Shown here: one piece after another, positions 25,139 to 35,754 of the stretch | Layout: every line of letters starts with the position of its first letter | Numbering within the stretch: the first letter of the stretch is position 1 | Source: Octopus vulgaris | Taxonomy: Eukaryota | Assembly: GCA_951406725.2 (NCBI GenBank) | Contig: OX597839.1 | Span: forward strand, 30,814,001 to 30,878,000 | DNA: 64,000 nucleotides | Reading direction: 5' to 3' | The notes under the pieces: model-generated | What the model saw: only the letters and a program-made list of their open reading frames with translations | What the model was told of the DNA's origin: nothing | The model's database searches: none | Position numbers and translations under genes: made by a program

Positions 25139-27855
25139 CGGTTTTTTTGACTATTTATTAAAATTTTATGTATTGATTAAGTCTTTCCTTGTTTGTTTTA
25201 CAAAATAGTGTTTTTGTCTCTAATAATATTTTATATATATATATATATATATACACAAACTTTAAAATTTTCTTAGCAAAGTCTACCTACCTGAATCAAA
25301 ACCAGTAAATTTTAATTTATTTTTCAAAAATACTTTCTTATATATTTTTCTGATTTTTAAAAGAACATTCCAGATATTATACACCCTTTACCCTCTCCAT
25401 TTCTGACGAGCGGAAGTATAGTCTATCAATGTCTTTCAACAAAGGATTCCATTAGAATGACAAAACTTTCACGAAACCATCATAACATGTATTAATTACC
25501 AAACTTTTAAACAATCATCTTTCATATATTTACAGCAATTTTTTAATATAAAATACTATTTTAAACACACATCTTTGTGAGCAATTTTTTTTAATGAAAT
25601 TTCATGCTAATATTTCAAGATACAGTATATATCTATGTGTATATATGTGTGTGTGTGTGTGTGCATGCGTATTTGTACGTGTGTATGTATGTGTGTATAT
25701 GTATGTGTGTATGTATGTATTTGTGTGTATGTATGTGTGTGTGCGTGTATGTGTGTGCATGTGTGTGTATGTATATGTGCGTGTGTGTATATGTAGGTAT
25801 GTTTGTGTATGTGAGTGAGTGTATGTGAGTATGTGTGTGTGTGTGTGTGCATGTATGAATGTGTGCATGTATGCATGTGTACGGGTATGCATGTGCGTGT
25901 GTGTCTATGTATATGTGTATGTATGTATGTGTGTTGTCATAGATATTGTTTGGCCCCAGGGAACCTTTATTGACCAGCTACAGAATCAAAACTGTGACCA
26001 ACACGTCTCTGTGGTGTAGTCTAAGACTATAGCAACTCTGTCACACTTTGTCCCATTTTAGTAAGAAGAGAGAGAGAGAGATGTGACAGTTGTTTTGAGA
26101 CTACTGAATGACCACATAAAGACCCCACCCTCCACCACCGTTTTGATCGATATATCTCAGTAACTGAGAGATGTGGGTTCAAATTCCCCTGATGGCCCCA
26201 GAGATACACAGAACTGAGAAAGTTGCAACACAGGTCCTCATTATTTAAGACATTAGAGGCTGATTTGATTGTTATGTCTAGCAGTGTGAATGACCACAAA
26301 AACAAAATCGTAGTTTTTTCATCTGGGAAGGTTCTGGGAGTGGGGGCTATGCTTTTTTCCATCTGTGATAGGCGCAGGCATGGCTGCGTGGTAAGACGTT
26401 TGCTTCCTAACCACAAGGTTCTGGGTTCAGTCCCACTATCGTGTGTGTGTGTGTGCACGCCTCTTTGCTGTGACTTCACCTGTCAGTTGTAAACGAGTGT
26501 CACCCTCCTGCCTGTGGTGTCCTTCATGACCATCCCTGTGGAAGAGTGGACATCAAAACGATGATGATGATAATTTGTCTATTTGCACAGACACAAAGTT
26601 TTCATATTCAACAAACAGCAGCACCAGTCGTCCACATCGAAGCTAAAATCAATGGCTGTAAACAGAGTTTAACGATGGGTGCGTGTGTGTGTGCGTGCGT
26701 GTGTGTGTGATGTCAATCACCGATAAATATTGAACACAAGTAGAGCAAGAGACAAGAGAAAAAATGTAGGGCGTGTTATATAACTCGACAGGTGTTTCTT
26801 AAGAACAGTTTTTTGCTTTCCTTTTCTTTCTCAGACATGCTCTCCATAAATGTGTGCCTGTGCGTGTATATGTAGATATATATCTACATACATATGTATA
26901 TGTGTGTATGTGATACACACACACTCACATGCACACACGTATATAGTTAAATGGAGAAAAGAAAATGGAGAGTAGGAAATTAATAATTATTTATTATTAA
27001 CAAATTGGCCATTTCAATTAATGCTCAGTAATTTAATTAGAAATTTGTACATTACTTTTGGGTACCCACCCTCGTATTTATAGATACATACAGACAGTCT
27101 GGTGTAAAAGCTGAGCTTTCACGTGATTCCTGGTCATCTCGCTTTGGCCAGACACAAGCTACTTGACAAGGGGGTTCAGAGAGAGCTCCCCCTGTTGCAC
27201 AAGTGTTTATCTCTCTCTCCCATTACACAAGTGTGACTTTAGGACAACCTCCTTAGTCATTCCATCTACTCAAAGTCCCGTGGTGATGGAAAAGCAGCGA
27301 GATATGCAGACCTAACCGTTTGGACAGGGAGCATCTGTCACCTTTGCTTCAACTTGGGTTTGGGGTGGGGGAAGGTTCAGTCCCGTTGCAGATCTTCATG
27401 GTTTGAAGCATGACCCTGAGAGGCCATAAATGGGAAACCAGAAACACCACTGACAACAAGGAAGCACAATCAGACGTGTGTGTGTATATATGGAAAAAAA
27501 AGTCAAGGTAGAAAATGCTAAAATAATTGTATAAAAACCATTTCAGTATCGATTTCAGTCATTGAGACTTTTTCAATTGTTGTTAGTATGGAAAAGAATT
27601 AAAAGAAAAGTTTTATTAAAAGAATATTTGCATAGTATTCAAACACAAGGGTCATTTACCTTGTTTCTGCCAGTCTCTGTCTCTCTTGTGGGTTCAAGGT
27701 CGTTGTGAATTCTTGGTAGGGAAGAAGAAGAAGAATGCGGGAGTGCCATGATAGTCGTATGTCAAATGGTCATAGAAAGTAACTGGAAGAGATACCTGGA
27801 TGACCATTTCATTCTTTGGCATGAAGATATAGAGAAACTGAAAGAATTCCAAGTA

Positions 27856-28790
27856 CTCATAAACGGACTTGATGTAATTCATGATGGAATGTAGCCATCA
27901 ACAACTTCCCTTCCTCGACATCCTCATCAAGAAACGTAACAGACATATACTATAAGCCCACAAACTCCAAGCAATATCTACTGTTCAACTCCTGCCACCC
28001 CAGACACACCAGAATGAATATCCCCTTCAACCTAGCAAAAAGGATATGTGTTTCTGATGCAAACCCCAGAGACACACGACTACATGAGCTAAAGGATACA
28101 CTCATCACCAGGAACTACCCACCTTCACTAATTGACATATGCTTTCAACGTGCCCTTCTACTCAACATCCAGGAACTCAAACATCCCAAATTAAAGGATT
28201 TACAATCAAAAGCCCTACCACACATCTCCACAGCAACCCTCTTAACAATGGAACCTTCAACACCATCCTTCAATACATTCCCCTGCTAAAAAAGGACCAC
28301 AGAATGAACTTAATCAAAAAAAGCCCAAGAGAACCCTATTCTCGAATATGCTCAACAACAACACAGAAGCCGTCAGTAAAAAAATTGCAGAAGACTCAAC
28401 TGTGGAATATGAGTCAATTTAATTGAGGGATCAGAGTTCTCCTTCAAACAGGGACAACGTTTCACAGTGAAAAGCAACTTCACATGTGCTTCGGAGAACC
28501 TGATATATGCACTAACCTGCTCTGGGTGTCAAGATCAATACATAGGCCAAACAAAAAATGGTCTACGTAAAAGAATGGCTCTGCACAGATCCTAGATCAA
28601 AATCCCCCAAAACAGAAAAATGGCATTCAGCCAACACATTTGACATTTGTGCCAATAACAAAAATCTAAGCTTCCGAATTTTTCCCCTCTACCAATTCAG
28701 GGATGATACAACCTGTAACCAACGAATTAGTATAGAGTCTCTTTATTACAAAATACAGACCCCTTTTGAATGCATCTACAACGACATATT
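27856..28790 (+). mobile_element. Penelope-like element fragment (RT thumb, Cys-rich linker, GIY-YIG), frameshifted
   Basis: QLPFLDILIKK..TDIYYKPTNSKQYLLFNSCHPRHTRMNIPFNLAKRIC..TRNYP; NCRRLNCG; FTCASENLIYALTCSGCQDQYIGQTKNGLRKRM. The Cys linker suggests the Neptune-like clade. Confidence 0.88.
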
Positions 28791-28899
28791 GATCTGTTTA
28801 ATTTGATTATCCCCAACATTTGCTTTTCTCTCTCTCTATACACACACACACACACACATACACCTGTATACATATATTTTTCTTATTCTTTCCTCTTTC

Positions 28900-29205
28900 C
28901 CTCGTTTCAGTCATTCGACTGCGGCCATGCTGGAGCACTGCCTTGTAAAGTTTTTTTTTTAGTTGAACAAATCGACCCCAAAACTTACTTTTTAAAGCCT
29001 ACTATTATTCTATCGGTCTCTTTTGCCGAACCGCTACGTTACAGGGATGTAACCACACCAACATCAGTTGTGAAGCAGTGATAGGGGGAAGAAACACACA
29101 CAAAACACACATAGATGTACACGACGGGCTTCTTTCTGTTTCCGTCTACCAAATACACTCGGTCCGGGGCTAGAGTAGAAGACCCTTATCCAAGGGGCCA
29201 CGCAG
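28900..29205 (-). mobile_element. Family A SINE
   Basis: gtttcagtcattcgactgcggccatgctggagcac…gacgggcttctttctgtttccgtc. Confidence 0.8.
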
Positions 29206-29962
29206 CAGGACCACATATTCTGTGGAGACAGACGAGACAGAAAGCTAAATGTATCACAGTTCCTCTGTAAATCTCTTTTCCTCCGTCAAATCCTCCTGAT
29301 CAGACACTAAACTCTCCCTTCGTTGCCAGTCTGTCTCACACCCCACCTTTCCCCCCTCCCTCTAATCTTTATACCTCGCCGCCACCACAACCACCCCTGT
29401 CTGTGCAGTAACAGTGCGCAGCCCCTCATACTGGAGCCAGTGAGGGCTCAGAACCTCCGCTCGACCTATTGTCACAGGCAACACGCGCCCTTTCATCTTC
29501 GCCGACCTGTCGTACGCGATTTCGTCATCTCGCTTTGATGAGCATCCTGCAAAAAGTAAATAAAAAAACAGAAACAATGAAAATCAAATAAAAAATAAAT
29601 AAGAAATTTTTTAAAACAACAACAACCTATTTATGGCTTATATCCCCTAATGACCCTCACCCCCGATCCCCCTTTTCGCCATCAGACGCGTTCATTCATT
29701 TATTTTTACTATCTACTCTTTACACCTTTGCAACACACTACGCTCACTTCTGCTTCTCAAACACACACACACACACACGTTGCTGCTTATTAATGCAATT
29801 ACCTATCTGTGTGTATATATATGTATGTATGTATGCGTATGTTTAAATCAATAGATGTATATGTGTGTATATATATATACACACACACACACACGTATAT
29901 ATGTAAATACATATGTATTTATATATGTACACGCACACACGTGTGTGTGCGTGTGTGTGTGA

Positions 29963-30002
<40 letters not shown>

Positions 30003-30781
30003 CATAGACGTAAAGATTCATTACACATTGTGTGTGCGCGTATGTATTTGTGTTTGCCTGCCATTCCGTGTGTGTGTTCGTCTGAATGTCTTTGTGTGAG
30101 AGAGAGAGAGAGAGAGACAGTGTGGTGGTGGTGGTGGTGGTGGTACCAGCTATAAAACAGTTACACACAATCGATATGAAGAGGTACCACTCCCTCTTTC
30201 TAGCTGAGTGGTCGATGTTAAGAAAACGCTACATTGTCAATAATAATAATAATAAAAAGGTGACGCTACCGAGATGAATCGGGTGAGGAGGGGTGGGCGA
30301 GGGAAGCGCGGCGGTGGCGATGGTGGCTTTACAAATTGGTTAAAAGAAGAGAAACAACATTAAGAATGGTGGCGATGGTGGTGGTGGTGAAGATGAGGAG
30401 TGAGGGGCGGTTACGGAGAGACGGGGGGGGGGGGGGATTCAAGGAGAAGAAATGTTTAAAAGAAGCTAATATAATGTCGATTAGACAACAATGTGTTTAA
30501 CGAAAACATTTTAGCATAAAGAACAGGGCGCGAACACACACACACACACACACACACACGAGTATGTAAGTGTGCGATTATTTGTCGAATCTGTATATAT
30601 ATATACATACATGTAGTTTTATATATTTACGTATATATATAAATACACACACACACACACGTATGAAGATATATGTGAATGTACACACACACACACACAC
30701 GTAGATTTGATAAGTGCCAACGCACGAAACTATCGGTTCTTGAGTCACTAACTTCCGTCCATTATTGTCATTATTATAATA

Positions 30782-30970
30782 AAGGCGGCAGAAACGTTAG
30801 CACGCCGGGCGAAATGCGGAGCCGTATTTCGTCTGCCGTCACGTTATGGGTTCAAATTCCGCCGAGGTCGACTTTCGTGGTTGATAAGTACCAGTTGCGA
30901 ACTGGGGTCGATATAATCGACTAGCCCCCTCTCCAAAAATTTCGGGCCTTGGGCCTAGAATAGAAAAGAA
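30782..30970 (+). mobile_element. Family B SINE
   Basis: ggcagaaacgttagcacgccgggcgaaatgc…ggttcaaattccgccgaggtcgac. Confidence 0.8.
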
Positions 30971-31152
30971 CGTTATATGTGTGTGCATGAAAGAGAGATT
31001 TCTACATGAATCCCCCGGTAGCTGTTTCGAACTCGGCGTTGGGGTTTGCAAAAAGCATTTGAACGCTTAACCATTGTGAATGTCGGGTTCCAGACGAGCA
31101 GAAGGCGGAAACGTGGATGGGAACTAATAATATGAAATTGTCCTGATTTGTA

Positions 31153-31570
31153 TTCTTTTACTTGTTTCAGTCATTTGACTGTGGTCATGCTGGAGCACCA
31201 CCTTTAGTCGAAGGAATCGATCCCAGGACTTATTCTTCGTAAGCCTAGTATTTTTTCTATCGGTCTCCTTTGCCGAACTCTAGGTTACGGCAGGGACATA
31301 AGAGATCACAGGCATGGGGAGGAATATAGATGTTGCACGGATGGTAGTCGAACCAAGAAAGAAAGGTCGGGCTTGCGTTCTTGCCCCATTTTGGGGTATT
31401 CCTTTATATATATATATACGACGGGCTTCTTACGGTTTCCGTCTGCCAAATCCACTCACGGGGTTTCGGTCGGCCCGAGGCTATACTATACTAGAAGACA
31501 CTTGCCCAAGGTACCACACAGTGAGACCGAACCTTGAACCATGTGGTTGGGAAGCAAGCTTCTTACCACA
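31153..31570 (-). mobile_element. Family A SINE
   Basis: ttttacttgtttcagtcatttgactgtggtcatgctggagcac…ccatgtggttgggaagcaagcttcttaccacac. Confidence 0.8.
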
Positions 31571-33249
31571 CCTATACTTGCTCGTTCTATATATTTCCTT
31601 ACGAGTGAAACTTGTAAATTCACGAATAACTAAACCACTAAACCGGAAGCAGGCTGGACGATGATGACCTACGTGGAGCTCTTAACATAACAGTAGCAAT
31701 TACACATCTGTTTGTACGCTCAACACACACACACACACCATTGATGTCGCGAACGGGTCACCTTCTTCCACCAACCCTAAAACCATTTCGATGACGTTCC
31801 ATTTATTTCTTCAAAGTCCTGTTCATTATTGAGGGCTGAGAGACACAGATACCAGACGTAAAAATTTAGGGATCTAAGGAAATTATATCGATTACTTTGA
31901 TCCCTCCGCTTCGTGTATGGCCGCTACTTAAATTTATCGATCTGGGGGGGAAAAAAAACACACACCAGTAAAAATTGACCTCGTTTGGATTTGAACCGAA
32001 AACATACAAAGCCGGAAATAAAGGCGCAAGGTATTTTGCCCGATGCTCTAACGATTCGGCCAACCACCCCCATCCCTAACAACCCCAGTCGTAGTAATAG
32101 TAGAAAGATGAGAAGTAGCAGTAGTAGCAGCGGCAGCAGGAGTCGTGGCGTCAGTGATGCGATACAATTGAATTAGAAAAAGCAATGGAGTCGCATAAAA
32201 AGAGGCCGTGAAGGAAGGGCGTGGCTGAATTGAAAGATGGGAGGAGAAACAGAGTCACTTAAACTGGATTTGTTCAGCTTTTTACATGAGTGGCGGCGGC
32301 GGAGGCAACGTAATCGTTGTTCGCTTTGTTGTTGTAACGTTGTGGCTATAATTACTGTAAAGGACTAAGTTATAATGGCGGCGGCGGCGTGGTGGTGGTG
32401 GTGGTTTGGTGAGGGAGTTACGTGGTTGTGGATTTGGTTGTTCAGCCCCAGGTCATCCGTTACCACCTCGACTACATACCACTCTAGTATGACCTTTGCT
32501 TTAATCAGAGTACTGCGGTACTTGTCGTGTTCGGGTTTCATTTCCTACATTCCGACACTCACACAAACCCTGTGCATTTATAAAACCTAATCCAAGTTAT
32601 ATATATATGCCAGAAGAGTGGTGACAGTGAGTTCGAAGTCTCGTCCTGCTAGTCTTCGGTGTAGTTGAGTAGGGTTTCACCGTTTATCAACGTATAAAGG
32701 TTACCCAAATATTCCGTCCCGCATGGCCCGGGATTCAACCCCCCACAACAGTGGGCCAAGCGTTTCAGAAAAACCGTAGAGATGGCCGGAATGTGTCCAC
32801 AAATCGTCTCTTTGGACTTGTAATCGCGTTCTAAATCGTTTTAGATCCTCATGTGAAACTTGGTGTAGCAGCTAAGCCATCTTGAAACTCCTTTCTCTCT
32901 CTCTCCCTCCCCACCTGACACGAAGAAGGCCAGCCTCGTTGCCAGTAGAGCTTGTATCCTTCGGATCCTGACTGGGCTGAAACTCTCACAAATCATCAAA
33001 AATGGGACGTTTCACTTGTTCACATCTCTTCAGATCTACTGGGCTCAGCGGACGTCCGTTTCTTCACGTCGTACATACGTGCATACATACACACGTGCAT
33101 ATATACGAGCATACATACACATATATACATACATTCGTACATACATACACACATAAACACGTGTGTGTGTGTGTGTGTGTACAGTGTTGAAGCAAAATTT
33201 GACAGTTTGCATAAAAGGAAAACAAAATGTCCCATACAAAAGTAAAATC

Positions 33250-33830
33250 ATGTTAAGAAAGCAAAGAATCTCAACTGGACGAGGTTGGCAGGAGGAGATA
33301 ACAGTTTGGTCAACCCGACCGCCCACGGCTTCCAGAACCTGGCGCATGCATTTGCCACTGTATCCCTTAGGAAGATCTTCGATCACTTCCCCGATCTTGG
33401 CCACAGGTTCAGCCTTGGTGTTGCAGGTAGGGCCGATGGAGTCTATGTCAACCGCATCCCACACATGGGGATTACAACCGGAGCCGGGGAAGCAGCCGCA
33501 GAAATTCTCTGAAAACCATTTCAAACTCTTTCCGCGTGTGTATGGCCAAGAGTCAAATCCTACTGTCACAGAACATGGCCTGGCAGCAGCTTCACACAGC
33601 CGTTTGAATATAACCTAAAGGGGTTGTTGGATGAATTCCGGCCATACCGACACAATCGGAACGCCTGCTGTGTCCCTTCTTGCTGGCCACGGCCGGCTTC
33701 CAAGTCTCTGTTGCAGCTGTCCATGTCACGTCTTGAGTTCGCAGAGTGCAATGAGCAGCAGTCATGAATGTCGGTAGTTTGACACTCGCCACCAATCATC
33801 GTGATACAAGTAACTCCCTCACAATATTCA
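33250..33830 (-). mobile_element. Internally deleted Tc1/mariner-superfamily transposase relic
   Basis: KSLKWFSENF..PGSGCNP..VWDAV..CNTKAE..KIGEVIEDLP..CMR..LEAV, a decayed form of W..ENF..SPDCNP..VW..CNTK. Confidence 0.7.
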
Positions 33831-34140
33831 GACGGGTTCCAATCCTTTCAGGTCAGCTAAGTTCTTCTCAGTTACAACTTTAATCTTTATGCTCTCCAAC
33901 GCCGTTGACTTTACCAATACACTCAGCTATTCTTGAAAGGAGACAAAAGAAAATCGACTAATTTAGCCCGGACACACTGTGTGTGTGCGTGTGTGTATCC
34001 CCTCTGTGGCCAATAAAGAAATTATATATATATGAGAGGTATTGGTATTCAGAAGACCCAAAATGGCAGCTAAGACTATATAAATGATATCGGTTCCATA
34101 ATAATACGAGCGAGGAGTCTCATGCAGGTCTTGAGGCAAG

Positions 34141-34350
34141 AAAGCCAAGGCTGTGTGGAATTTTCGGGACACTTATAAAGAGAAAGTTAGTCTTACAGCT
34201 GTTTCTGGGATATTAAGGATATCCCAGGATCAGAGACGAAATCCTCTCACATCGTCTCTGATGAAGGGATATCCCTAATATACCAGAAACAACTGTAAGA
34301 CTAACTTTCTCTTTATAAGTGTCCCGAATATTCCACACAGCCTTCGCTTT
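34141..34350. repeat. ~100-bp-arm inverted repeat (loop 34240-34251) carrying hammerhead copies
   Basis: aaggctgtgtggaa…cagagacga / tcgtctctg…ttccacacagcctt. Confidence 0.9.
34254..34301 (+). ncRNA. Minimal type-I hammerhead ribozyme (partly decayed)
   Basis: gtct-CTGATGA-agggatat…atatacca-GAAA-caactg-TA-agac. The mirror copy shows stem II tgggatat/atatccca and palindromic stem III ACAGCUGU. Confidence 0.65.
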
Positions 34351-35754
34351 GTTGTCTCATTTTATTTAACACTCACACATACATATATTAATGTATGCAT
34401 TACACACGCGCACACGCACTTTAATCGGCAGAAATTTACAAAAGTGACTCAGGGGCCGAGAGTTCCTTTGCTACTTCTTTCGGCCAACTGAAAAGAGAGA
34501 AAGAAATAGTACACACACCAGATGCACATATACAAACATGTATGTATGTATATATATATATATATATATATGAATAATATTCGCGCGCATATATGCGTGT
34601 GTGTATGCTTTTTTGTATGTAATTATGTGAGGGTGGGGTGCTAGGGGGAGGCGAGAGAGAGATCGCAGTCAACAAACGGGAAGCCATTGCGACTAAAGCA
34701 GCAACACCGTCTTCAGTTGTTGTCAGCAAATCAGGCGTGACGGGTCGGCGCCTCTCTCGCACGTTCAACGCTTTTAATAACACACACACAAATGCGCGTG
34801 CGCGCTCGTCATTGTCGCAGTGGTACGAGCAATGGCGGCATCAGCTGTTCTACAGAAGAATTTACGAGAAAACAGACGGATATTGTTTAACCGAAGTAAA
34901 ACCCTGAGTGATCAGATCTATAATCAAATAAGATTCCAGCCGTGACACCCACTTCTGTTATTCTATAGCCTCGGGCCGGCCAAAGCCTTGTGCGTGGATT
35001 TCGCAGACGGAAACTGAAAGAAGCCCGTCGCGTGTGTGTGCGAGGAGTGGGGTCGATTCATTCGACAAAAAATTCTTCGGGGCAGTGCCCCAGCATGGCC
35101 GCACTCTAATGACTGAATCAGATAAAAGACAAATATACCCGTACATTCAAGCATATATAACCGTATATCGTGGTGGTGGCCAGTGTAGGAATGGATACGG
35201 TGAAGTCTGATAGAAGACAACATTTGCTGTTTCTCTGCATTTTGTAGCCAGTTGTGTGCCTCGTTGCACCGCGTTTGGTGCCAGGGGTGTCACAACTATT
35301 TCAGTGGGTAGAAATGCTTATAATTTGTCTGGGTGGAGAGCGGGGTGGCTGTTGTAGCAATTGATCCCGGGTGTTTGAAGAAGTTTTTCATTATAGTAAC
35401 AAGGACCACGAATGGATTTGAATTCTGTTGGGGACAACCACCTCAACCCGTCCCACACCCGGTTCTGTTTCAGTTGAGCTTATTTCTGTCTCGTTGTGTC
35501 CAGTTGGGAACGGGGGGGGGGACGGTCTCTGCACGATCTGCTGTGATATGGAGGCCGTTGTTTTGTGGAGTTCGTGGTTTCCTGCGTAGGGATTTGAACC
35601 CAGGTAGGAGGGCTTGGAGAGTCCAGAACAGATCCAACATTTATACAACCACCGTTGCGGTTTCTGTTGGCCAAACTGTGTCGGTTCCGCATCGTTTGAG
35701 TCTCTTGGTAAATGGCGGATGCTCCGCATGGGGGGGGGGATTGTAGTATTTCGG

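Larger units (their letters stand above)
23955..25234. repeat. ~1.28 kb near-perfect palindrome with 4-nt loop (ctgt, 24596-24599)
   Basis: …cggttagttatacat ctgt atgtataactaaccg…; mirror ORFs 24145-24372(+) and 24823-25044(-). Confidence 0.95.
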
